A stretch of 64,000 bases of DNA. Source: a virus. Its lineage: Duplodnaviria; Caudoviricetes. A program made the position numbers and the translations under genes. Positions 45,164 to 54,026 of this stretch are shown here, in pieces. The notes beneath the pieces are model-generated. The model was not told where the DNA came from. It saw only the letters and a program-made list of their open reading frames with translations, and ran no database searches. The DNA is taken from positions 1-64,000 of IMG/VR virus record IMGVR_UViG_3300033067_001382; one strand, written 5' to 3'. Numbering within the stretch: position 1 is the stretch's first letter; every line of letters starts with the position of its first letter.

Positions 45164-47248
45164 TCAAAAGAGAATATCCAGAGCAGTTTCGAAGGCGGTG
45201 ACATTCGGAGCCACATAGGCGATGCAAACACCTCCCGTATAGCCTCCAGGATTCTGGATAGGCTTGTTTCCTGCGTTGTCGATGGCCGAGATCCAGTCCT
45301 CAAGAGCATTCAAGCCTGTTACATTCAAGAATGAGAAGCTGATGCTGAACGAAAGAATGAGATCCAGGATTGAGACCAGGAACTTGACGAATCGCTCCAA
45401 GACCTCGATCTTCTTGATCAAAAGGTTGATAAAGGCCCCTATTTCTTCGGCGGCTCCCTTGAATGCATCCACGAGCGCGTCCACCTTGGCCAGAATTTCA
45501 TAGATGAGTGCTCCAGCCCACGGGACAACGTCCCGGAAGAGGCTGATCGAAACCCAGTCGGGCGGGTTGCCTCCGAGAGTGAACGCCTTTATAAAGTTGA
45601 CAATTGACAAGACATTTTGCCGGATGGCCAAATCCGTGTAGGCCAGCAGGGCGGTGTCGTAAAGCGCTTTGTCTCGGACAGTCTTGTAGTCCTTGGTGGC
45701 GGTGGTCATCGCCACAACCAACTTTTCGGGGGTCGTGGTGTTCCCATTGATATAACCGCCCGTATTGGTGATCGGCTTTGCAAGGGTTCCCTGCATAAAC
45801 GTACGGAAATTCAGCAGGTTTGAACTGTTCTCCAGCAAGGAATTGCCAACCGTGTTGGCCAAGGCAGCAGCACGAAACTTGACAACCTTCTGCTGCCAGG
45901 TCGTATCCGGCAACGAACCTGAGACGGCATCCTGCTCGGGTGGAGCCGTGAAGACAATTGGAATTAGATTCGATACCGGGCCAGAGATATTTGACAGTGA
46001 CCCACGGCCAACCTCCACCAATTCGGTGGGCTCGATGGGATCTCCGTTGGCATTGAACTTGGATTCCGGAGAGGGTGAGAGATGGAACCCGAGGGAGAAA
46101 CCCGCCTGAAAGATGGCCTCTAACACCTTGATGACATCGAAGCCCGCTGGGAGGGTAGGGATTCGACCGCTGAGAACCGTCGTCGGACGTCCCATCACCG
46201 GAGGATTTGAAGCACTATCCCCCGGCCAACGAGCAACGAACTCCTGATTGTTCGGTTCCTCCTTTGGACTCCAGTCAACCTTGTTGCCACTGAGGGCCAG
46301 ACCGCCGCTGAATGCGCGGACACGGTAGTAGTAAGTAGTATCCGGCTTGACGTTCTTGTCGATGTACCGGAACTTGGTCAACTGTCCGATGAATCCCTCC
46401 GCACTGGACGGCTCCATGACAATGTATTCCTGGTAGACACGAACGGGGTCACCGTACTGGTCAGTCGCTTGAACTTGCCTCTTGAGAGTCTGACCCTGCT
46501 TGTTTTCGAAGACGGTTTCCAACTCCCCAATCAGAGGCTCACCGTTGGCTACAGTGCTCTTCTCAATCAGGAACTTCTGAGGGATAAAGGTCGCACCCAC
46601 TTGGGATACCATATCGGAGAAGCCTGGGTCTGGTGGCGTGAGAGCATCCGAAAGGCCCCATTCGACTACAAGGGCCTTAGGTGGGTTAGAAAAGACATCT
46701 CGAACTCGAAGAAGTGGTTGATCCTTGGAATCCGCCATCGTGACCTTTGCATTGGTCGGAGGGCCGTATTGCGGCTGCGTAAGCTCCTTGCCGAAGAAGC
46801 GCATCAAGATACCGAGCTTCTTGAGTAGGTCAAAAACGTTTTCTACGTCAACCATCAAGATGACAAAGCCGCTTTTGTTAGCTCCCGCCAATGGCTGTGG
46901 TCGATTCGGATCTTTGGTATCGAAGAGGCTGGCCTTAAAGCGCTCCGTAAATGCTTGGAAGCCTCCTGAATTCCGATAGAAGTTCGGATCCTTCATTGGA
47001 TCCGGAATGTCGTACCAGGCAAAGAGCCCCGTGCGCTTGAGTGACTCAAAAAGACTGTTGACCAGCGCCAGCAGGGAAAGAAGAAGAGCTTTGAGAGGAT
47101 TGGGAAAGTCAATCAGAAAGACTTGAATGACCTGAAGAATGGCCTTGATGACCTCAAGGAAGATCATTAGCGTTTCGAGAATACCTCGAAGCGGCTCCAG
47201 CAGATCCTTCCCGGGGATCTCTAACTTGACTGAACTCCAATCCGCCAT
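45164..47248 (-). CDS. Virion protein with amphipathic/hydrophobic helical ends and a central FN3-like domain
   Basis: Long apolar helices at both termini; YIDKNVKPDTTYYYRVRAFS FN3 signature. Confidence 0.7.
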   Translation of the reverse strand: MADWSSVKLEIPGKDLLEPLRGILETLMIFLEVIKAILQVIQVFLIDFPNPLKALLLSLLALVNSLFESLKRTGLFAWYDIPDPMKDPNFYRNSGGFQAFTERFKASLFDTKDPNRPQPLAGANKSGFVILMVDVENVFDLLKKLGILMRFFGKELTQPQYGPPTNAKVTMADSKDQPLLRVRDVFSNPPKALVVEWGLSDALTPPDPGFSDMVSQVGATFIPQKFLIEKSTVANGEPLIGELETVFENKQGQTLKRQVQATDQYGDPVRVYQEYIVMEPSSAEGFIGQLTKFRYIDKNVKPDTTYYYRVRAFSGGLALSGNKVDWSPKEEPNNQEFVARWPGDSASNPPVMGRPTTVLSGRIPTLPAGFDVIKVLEAIFQAGFSLGFHLSPSPESKFNANGDPIEPTELVEVGRGSLSNISGPVSNLIPIVFTAPPEQDAVSGSLPDTTWQQKVVKFRAAALANTVGNSLLENSSNLLNFRTFMQGTLAKPITNTGGYINGNTTTPEKLVVAMTTATKDYKTVRDKALYDTALLAYTDLAIRQNVLSIVNFIKAFTLGGNPPDWVSISLFRDVVPWAGALIYEILAKVDALVDAFKGAAEEIGAFINLLIKKIEVLERFVKFLVSILDLILSFSISFSFLNVTGLNALEDWISAIDNAGNKPIQNPGGYTGGVCIAYVAPNVTAFETALDILF

Positions 47249-47251
47249 CGA

Positions 47252-47500
47252 TCAACCTCCGTAAGTCAACTTCTCAAGTTTCTTGCGAAGTGAGTCGATC
47301 TCACTGGTGCTGGCTTCGATTGTCTGATGGATAAGGTCTCTCATCATATGAGCAATCTTGAAACCTTCCTTCTGCTCCCAAGAGCACTTGGGCCCGGTGG
47401 ACGCTTCCTCGGCGGACTCTGCTTGGGCAGTTCCCGGGATGTCTTCCTGGGAGGTCTCGGATTCAGATGTTACCTTCTCTGGATTCTCATTTGTACTCAT
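47252..47500 (-). CDS. Small acidic hypothetical protein (82 aa)
   Basis: Tightly packed ORF with a C-terminal coiled-coil-like segment. Confidence 0.65.
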   Translation of the reverse strand: MSTNENPEKVTSESETSQEDIPGTAQAESAEEASTGPKCSWEQKEGFKIAHMMRDLIHQTIEASTSEIDSLRKKLEKLTYGG

Positions 47501-47501
47501 C

Positions 47502-50500
47502 TCATGATCCTTGTACTGCTAAGAGCTTGATAAGTTGTTTGAGAGTATCCGCCTGGGCCTTGATGCGGCGCTCGACGGCACGACTCTGCTTGAATAGAAT
47601 TCCCTTCTCCTGGTTGATCCGAGCATCGATCCAGACGAAGCGCTTGTCGTAGAGCTTCTCACTGGACTCTAGGATATTCTCCAAGTCCTTTCGATCACCC
47701 CCATCCTCAGCCGGGTTTGGACCCACCAGTTCGGTCTTCCGGTTGGTCAGCGTGATTCCCCAGCTCGTAAGCAAAGCCGTTGTCACTTCATTGGCATACA
47801 TGTTGGTATCGACACCTGAAGCGCCACGAACGCTAACTGGGCCGGTGCCGGACTGAATGCCCGTAACGGCCGCCACCATCGTGTCAATGTGAGTCAGGAG
47901 AGTGAAGAGTCCGATAAGGGTCTGCTTACTGGCTCCGAAACTCTTGACAAGTCGATATGTCACCGGATCACTGGTTGGGAAGGGAGTCTCGACGGTGACC
48001 TGTGTCCCGTTGACGGCCGTGATGGCGTAGAAGCCCTTGTTGGTACCATTGCGGACGAAGATGTAAGCCGGGAAATCCGGAAAGTTGTCGGCATCCGTAT
48101 CGATGTTCGGAGCGAAGCTTGACCCCGATGTCAAAGTGGATCCGCTGACCGTGCCTGCTTGCGATGCTGGAGTCTGGAGGTCGGTCAAGACTAGGTCGAA
48201 AAACCGCTCCAGCGCTAATAACTCGCTGGTGACCAGCGGCGAATCATTGGTCATCAAGACATCCAACAGAGTATCGACCGAACCCGCGAGGGAACCAACT
48301 CGACCGTACGTGTTGAGTGTCTTATCGATACGATACGACTGGCTCGCGATCGGTATCACTGGATGATCCAGCACCAACGAGACACCATTGACGATGCTGA
48401 CGATCTGACGGCGCGCAAGCTGGCTCGGAAAGACTACCGTGTAGCCAGGCTTGAGAGATGTGAAGTTCTGAGTCAAGTCAACCAGAGTGGAGCCTGAGGA
48501 CGAAACGTCAGTGGTGGACGTCACCAGAGCTGTCCCGGTCGTAACCGAAAAGCTGAACTGGGTATCAACGCTGGCGAAGCCGGTCGTCGATGCAACCGTT
48601 ACGCTATTGGCCGTGACTGCCGAGATAATGTACCAGTCGGTGATACCGTTGACTCCCGAAGTGATTCGAACCAAGTCTCCAATGCGTGGCACTGGAGCCG
48701 AGAAGTTGGTCGGCACCCCACCGGGAGCATTGGTGATAATTCGCTTGGTGACATCCAAGTTGCCCGTGCCTACGAAGGGATCTGTAGTCTCACTTGGAAT
48801 CTCGGTGATGGCCGTCAACGCCTTCTTGAGTTCTCCCAACTCTCCTGGTTGACGGGGAATCGGGATTGAGGTATCGCCGTCGTCATCCGTCGAGCCACCG
48901 AAGAGGGCCGGAATCTTGTCCGGTTCTGTCGAGGTCTGTGAGAACGTGATGTCCATCTGAAGGAAGTCACCCTTGTTGGGTTCAACGACCTCCAGGCCGG
49001 GAATTGTCCCGTCGAATGGTGGGAAAGGCTCGACGTAAAGGAGCTGGCCATCATCGGCATTGAGGGAGAGGTCTTTGCCGATTAGGAAATTCCTCTGGTA
49101 GGTCGTGTCCGACGGGTCGAGATACATCGTCGACCCCGCTGGAATCAACATCCCCACAGGAGCCGAGAGATTCACTACTCCGGACGCATAAGTGCTAACT
49201 ACCTTGGAACTCGCCAAGATAGTTCCCGTCGCGCTGATGAATGCAACCTTCATCGCCGCCATAAACTCCGGCGCAATGCCGTCCGTACCACCATCGGGAT
49301 CCGTAACGTTGAAGGTCGACTGACTCGGCTGAATATCTTGAGCCACCAACGCACGAGGGATGCGCTTCCGGATGTTGGAGATACTCGTAATCTTCTTGAC
49401 TCCGAGGTCCAGAATCGGGTTACCGGTCTTAGCTCCAGTGTCCTTCCCCTTGACACAGACGTTGTACTTGTTCCGGCGTGTCGGGTAGAATCGACTCCAC
49501 ACACCAGGCAGGTAGGCTGGCTGATCGGTATTGGAGAAGTTGATCGTCAGCGGCGGGAAGGTGAACGTGTATGGGAAGTTCGAGACTCGAATGACGTCGT
49601 CGATGTGGTTCGTCGAGTCCAGCAGCGGCGGGTCATCTGGGCTCGCCGGAACGATAAGGTTGGAATTCCCATCAAACTCGAAGCGACCATCCTTGTCACC
49701 AATAAGTCGACCGTCCATACTTCCCAGACAATCATCAAGGAAGTCTGTAATCTCATGGTAGAACTTGAGCGACAGCCGCGCGACGTAGTCCTCATTGAAG
49801 AGCCGAATCTCTTCGTAATGAACCGACTCTCGACCCTGTTCATAAAGCTTCGGTGCTCCACCTCCGTTGCTAGTTCGCGGGCCGCCACCGGGCGAGTTAG
49901 ATTGAGCCTCCGACCGATATTTGGCCTCCAACTCAGCCTTGAAGTTACTGAGCGTCTCCACTCGAAAGTAAAATGAATCAGGACTGAAAAGGCTGTAGTC
50001 GGCCGTCAGAGTCTGATTGGCAATACCGTTCGAGCTGTTAGGAGCGATGTCGTGAGTATACGAGACGCGAACCCGAGGGCCTGCCGCTTGGATGCGATAG
50101 CCTGTATACGATACGCCAATCTCCTCTAGCGGAAGGAGTGCTGAAGTCAAGGTGATCTTGCCGGCATCATCAACCGTGTAATCTGCCGGAGAAACCAACA
50201 CGCGACCGACTGCCCCCATCGTACGACGGTAGACCAAAAATGGTTGTGTCAAGACCGGAGTCCGAACGGTCTGTACTTCTTTCGGAGCCGATTCAAAGAT
50301 AGGTCGAATCGACCTACGCAGCACCCAAAGACTGTTCTGGTATTCCTTGACGGTACTTGTCGAGAGTGTGACTTCGGTCTGTCCGGTTTCAGGCTTGTAC
50401 TCCGAACCCAGGGCGTAGTAGAAATCGAAGCCACCTCCACCGACCAACTGCACAATGGTCCCGGTCCGGTAGCTGCTCGTCACATTCCCATTCAATTTGA

Positions 50501-53420
50501 TTTTGGTCGACCCTCGTGGAAGTGTCTCGTAGACACCTATCTCGTTGACGAAGTAGTCCGAGATGCTGACGGGTCCACTTGACAGCGCCAACTTGGGATT
50601 GGAGATCGTCTGCTTGAACTCCTGCCCGCCCGACAACGTGATGGTCGTACGGTTGTCTCCAGGGATATACGTCGAGCTGGCGATGTGGTAGACTTCCTCG
50701 TTCTCGATGCGAAGGAAATACCCTGGCAACAGCACGGAAGTTTGGTCACCTCCGGCATAGAAGAAATAGTCGTGCGTGACTGAGTCCTCAACGATACTCG
50801 GCCGGAAGTAGGCTATCGGAGGCTGGAGTATCGAAGTGGTATTCTCACCTCCGATAGCCTCGTAAATGAAGTAGTCCACATAGACATTCTCCACGGGAGA
50901 GATGACTGCTCCGTGTGGGAGCGCATCCGTGAGGAGCGCGTCCGCCAGGAACGTGACTGTCGACGTCGTTGCATTGACAACGCACTGGACTCCGAGCGTC
51001 TGCGGACGACCACCTCGGAACACCGAGGGACTCGGGTTGGTGGCAACCGTTCGACCATTGGGGTTAAAGGTCAACGAGCTGACCGGGGCCGGGTGCGGAG
51101 CAGTACGCTCCTTTCGAACCAGGAATGTGGCCCGCTCAGTAACCGGTACGGAACCATCTTTCGCGGGCTTGTAGCTCAGTTGGGCTTCATCGAAGGCGAG
51201 GAACCGCTCTTGGAACTGCACCAGACCATTGACAGGGTCGATCTTGTAGTCGACTCGATCTCGAAGCTTGACAACCGAGAAAACATCGACTCCGGAAGTG
51301 ACTGCCTGCTGGCTGAGGTTGATATTCCCCGTGTCAAGACTGATCTCCGCCGCGAATTGCGCCAAGCTGCTCGGAGTCGAGAAGGCAGAGTCGAGGTTGA
51401 CATAGGTGATCGACGTCGAGAACTGCGTCGCTCCGAAGCGCAAGCGTGTCTGACTGGCGATACTCTTGTTGACCGCGAGGCGGGGGGAGTTGCTAGCCGG
51501 GCCAAGCTTTCGGATCTTCTCAATAGACGTGTTGGGTTCCGAGAGAGTCAATTCCGAGAAAAACCGATCCGCAATAATTTCGGCAGGGCGGCGAATTTCG
51601 TAGGTAAAATCCGAGGCCGTGAACGGAGGACTCACCGTCAACGAGGGTCCTACCGTGTTGATCGTATAAACACCGTCACTCGGTTCCGAGTAGACCACCA
51701 AAAGGTCGTTCGGCAGCACTCCCGCAAAGGAGACCGATCCGTCCGATACGGTTCCGGTGGTGGCCTGTCCGGCGGCGCTAGATAGCACCTTGGCGGCCTC
51801 CGTGGCGACAAACGAAACCTGTCCCGAGTAGGGTTCAGCAATGTACTGAGTGTCTTGTTGGAGCGGCGTGTAGGCATTCGTTCCAATCCCAGTCTCCAAC
51901 TCTACAAGTAGGTTGGGCAAGTAAACCATCGCGTCGGTGGCAACCGTCGGCGTCGGCATCGGAGAGGGACTCGTGGCCGGGATGATCTTGTTGTTAATCC
52001 GATTAGCGAAGTAGAATTCCTTTTTTTCGATATCGATACGATACCCAAACCCCGACGGAGGGGTGACGCCATCTAAGCGGGGAAGAATTCCCGTAAAGGT
52101 ACCCGTACCAGAGTCAACTCGGAAAGTGACCGGGTAACCAGGAGCATCCAGCGGGATCGCAGGTAGCATAACCAGCGGGACGCCGATTATCGGACTCGCC
52201 ATGACCTGATCTTCAACCTCATAAAGCGATGAAACGTCCTTGGATGAATCCACGATTCCCTGCAAATCCACCGGAGTTCGGTAGAACCGCATCGAGATCC
52301 CTCGCTCCAACGGGAGGTCGCAGTGAATGACCTCTACCGGGAAAGCTCCCAGACTGACACGATCAGGGAGTGAGAACTGTACCGTCCCATCAGCTTTGTA
52401 CTCAACAAGACCTTGCTTGCCAGTGACGTTAAAATCCGTGACAAAACTGACAACTTCAAAAGTGCGCACCCCGGGGACTCGGAAGATGAGATCCCCACCC
52501 GCCGGAGGAACTGGACTCAGAACTCCTGGTACGTTAATGGTGCCGAAGCTCGACTGTCTAGGAAGCGCTAAGTCGAATCCGAAAAGGACACCATCGTAGA
52601 AGACAGACTTAGTCGAGTTGTTGGTTTGGTCAATCGAATTCAGCTTGACTTTGCCCGTCGAACGCGCCCAACCAATCTGACCTGAAGTGACCACCAGTGA
52701 CGCGAGGGCTGTCTCATCCGCAACTTCGACCGGAGTCAAGTGAAATCCCATTCCCAAACGGAGAAGAGGAAACTGACCCGAGCCGGGGATTGGATTAAGG
52801 AAGAGATCTGAACTGGAGACCAAGCCGATCTTGGCGGTCGATTCCTTGTCAGTGTAGAACTGTTGCCGCTGATACCATACTTGTCGACCGTTGTAATCGT
52901 CCAAATCGCTAGTATTCCAATTGAACTCTCCTGTTGACTTGTTGATCTCAACAGTGCCGGGGACCGGGGATCCGAAGCTGGTCACGACAGAGAGTACGAA
53001 CTCGTCCCCCGAGCCAACATCGCCAACCGCGATGCGATAAGGGGCAGCCGCGTCACCCGGTGAACTTGGGACTGAGCCCTTGAGGCGAGTGGAGTTAGAG
53101 TTAGTCAAGATATCGTTCGACAATCGACCAAGCAGCTCACGTGCATTGCCGCGCAACGGACGAAAGTGCCCATCGAGTCCGACGTAATCGAACCGTTGGA
53201 TGGTCTCGTTCTTGGTCCACCCGAACCGAACATCCGGTAAGTCCCCATCCGACTGGACGACGGTGAGGTACTCCGTACGAGGAACTAGCTCATCCGAGGT
53301 GTAGTGTGAGGAGTACGCAGATTGATCAACGATGATATTGGTTGGCGTGGGTGTGAACGGAGAATTGCCGGACCCTACACGCACCGGTTCAACAACGTAA
53401 CCCTTGATTGAGAATGCCAT
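47502..53420 (-). CDS. Very large baseplate/tail structural protein
   Basis: 1972 aa, beta-rich, within the baseplate operon; carries repeated ~60-aa beta modules. Confidence 0.75.
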   Translation of the reverse strand: MAFSIKGYVVEPVRVGSGNSPFTPTPTNIIVDQSAYSSHYTSDELVPRTEYLTVVQSDGDLPDVRFGWTKNETIQRFDYVGLDGHFRPLRGNARELLGRLSNDILTNSNSTRLKGSVPSSPGDAAAPYRIAVGDVGSGDEFVLSVVTSFGSPVPGTVEINKSTGEFNWNTSDLDDYNGRQVWYQRQQFYTDKESTAKIGLVSSSDLFLNPIPGSGQFPLLRLGMGFHLTPVEVADETALASLVVTSGQIGWARSTGKVKLNSIDQTNNSTKSVFYDGVLFGFDLALPRQSSFGTINVPGVLSPVPPAGGDLIFRVPGVRTFEVVSFVTDFNVTGKQGLVEYKADGTVQFSLPDRVSLGAFPVEVIHCDLPLERGISMRFYRTPVDLQGIVDSSKDVSSLYEVEDQVMASPIIGVPLVMLPAIPLDAPGYPVTFRVDSGTGTFTGILPRLDGVTPPSGFGYRIDIEKKEFYFANRINNKIIPATSPSPMPTPTVATDAMVYLPNLLVELETGIGTNAYTPLQQDTQYIAEPYSGQVSFVATEAAKVLSSAAGQATTGTVSDGSVSFAGVLPNDLLVVYSEPSDGVYTINTVGPSLTVSPPFTASDFTYEIRRPAEIIADRFFSELTLSEPNTSIEKIRKLGPASNSPRLAVNKSIASQTRLRFGATQFSTSITYVNLDSAFSTPSSLAQFAAEISLDTGNINLSQQAVTSGVDVFSVVKLRDRVDYKIDPVNGLVQFQERFLAFDEAQLSYKPAKDGSVPVTERATFLVRKERTAPHPAPVSSLTFNPNGRTVATNPSPSVFRGGRPQTLGVQCVVNATTSTVTFLADALLTDALPHGAVISPVENVYVDYFIYEAIGGENTTSILQPPIAYFRPSIVEDSVTHDYFFYAGGDQTSVLLPGYFLRIENEEVYHIASSTYIPGDNRTTITLSGGQEFKQTISNPKLALSSGPVSISDYFVNEIGVYETLPRGSTKIKLNGNVTSSYRTGTIVQLVGGGGFDFYYALGSEYKPETGQTEVTLSTSTVKEYQNSLWVLRRSIRPIFESAPKEVQTVRTPVLTQPFLVYRRTMGAVGRVLVSPADYTVDDAGKITLTSALLPLEEIGVSYTGYRIQAAGPRVRVSYTHDIAPNSSNGIANQTLTADYSLFSPDSFYFRVETLSNFKAELEAKYRSEAQSNSPGGGPRTSNGGGAPKLYEQGRESVHYEEIRLFNEDYVARLSLKFYHEITDFLDDCLGSMDGRLIGDKDGRFEFDGNSNLIVPASPDDPPLLDSTNHIDDVIRVSNFPYTFTFPPLTINFSNTDQPAYLPGVWSRFYPTRRNKYNVCVKGKDTGAKTGNPILDLGVKKITSISNIRKRIPRALVAQDIQPSQSTFNVTDPDGGTDGIAPEFMAAMKVAFISATGTILASSKVVSTYASGVVNLSAPVGMLIPAGSTMYLDPSDTTYQRNFLIGKDLSLNADDGQLLYVEPFPPFDGTIPGLEVVEPNKGDFLQMDITFSQTSTEPDKIPALFGGSTDDDGDTSIPIPRQPGELGELKKALTAITEIPSETTDPFVGTGNLDVTKRIITNAPGGVPTNFSAPVPRIGDLVRITSGVNGITDWYIISAVTANSVTVASTTGFASVDTQFSFSVTTGTALVTSTTDVSSSGSTLVDLTQNFTSLKPGYTVVFPSQLARRQIVSIVNGVSLVLDHPVIPIASQSYRIDKTLNTYGRVGSLAGSVDTLLDVLMTNDSPLVTSELLALERFFDLVLTDLQTPASQAGTVSGSTLTSGSSFAPNIDTDADNFPDFPAYIFVRNGTNKGFYAITAVNGTQVTVETPFPTSDPVTYRLVKSFGASKQTLIGLFTLLTHIDTMVAAVTGIQSGTGPVSVRGASGVDTNMYANEVTTALLTSWGITLTNRKTELVGPNPAEDGGDRKDLENILESSEKLYDKRFVWIDARINQEKGILFKQSRAVERRIKAQADTLKQLIKLLAVQGS

Positions 53421-53442
53421 CTAAATGCCTCATCTTCGAAGG

Positions 53443-54012
53443 TCAGATGACCTTTCCGATACCCGCCCCACCCCCCGGTATGATGCTTGGGGGTCCGGCA
53501 ACGACAATCGGGAACACCAGGGAGCCGAACACTTGCGAGAAAGCAGTTGTGATGGCAGTAGCAAATTGTACGGCCGAAATTCCAACACATCCCGCGGATG
53601 TAAGCCCAGCTTGTATGAACGGAAAAGCGGGAACAGGAACCAGTTTGGCGATTCCTGTTCCGAGTCCCACACCAGTATTGACCGTGATGATAAGACCTTG
53701 AAGGAATCCGAGAGAGAATCCTTGCGCAAGACCTACTGCCGTGGGCGAAGACATTACACCAAGAATTCCCGCTGAGCTGAACCCAGCCAACAAAGCTGGC
53801 AACAGCACCGAAGACGGAACCAGAAAAGGGCCAGTTCCAGCACCGACTCCGAGAGTACCCACATCCACCGAAGTAATCTGACTAGCCTGTAGCCATTGAA
53901 AAGTTCCAGTGGCCAGTCCGAGAGCAAGTTGAGGGACTGCTATTCCGATATCCCCAGCAGAAAGCAATCCAGTCATAAGAGATCCGGTCAGCCCGGGAAT
54001 AGAGATAGGCAT
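53443..54012 (-). CDS. Gly/Ala-rich hydrophobic protein directly after the spike gene
   Basis: 189 aa, almost uncharged; many GxxxG motifs; ends PGGGAGIGKVI. Confidence 0.72.
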   Translation of the reverse strand: MPISIPGLTGSLMTGLLSAGDIGIAVPQLALGLATGTFQWLQASQITSVDVGTLGVGAGTGPFLVPSSVLLPALLAGFSSAGILGVMSSPTAVGLAQGFSLGFLQGLIITVNTGVGLGTGIAKLVPVPAFPFIQAGLTSAGCVGISAVQFATAITTAFSQVFGSLVFPIVVAGPPSIIPGGGAGIGKVI

Positions 54013-54026
54013 TTACCTCATTCCTT

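Noticed and set aside
2037-53445. CCTTC(G)TAG-like sequence upstream of a few starts (about 2045, 6040, 22090, 53435)
   Set aside because: Too few and too variable copies, and partly overlapping RBS or hairpin sequence, so it cannot be supported as a motif.
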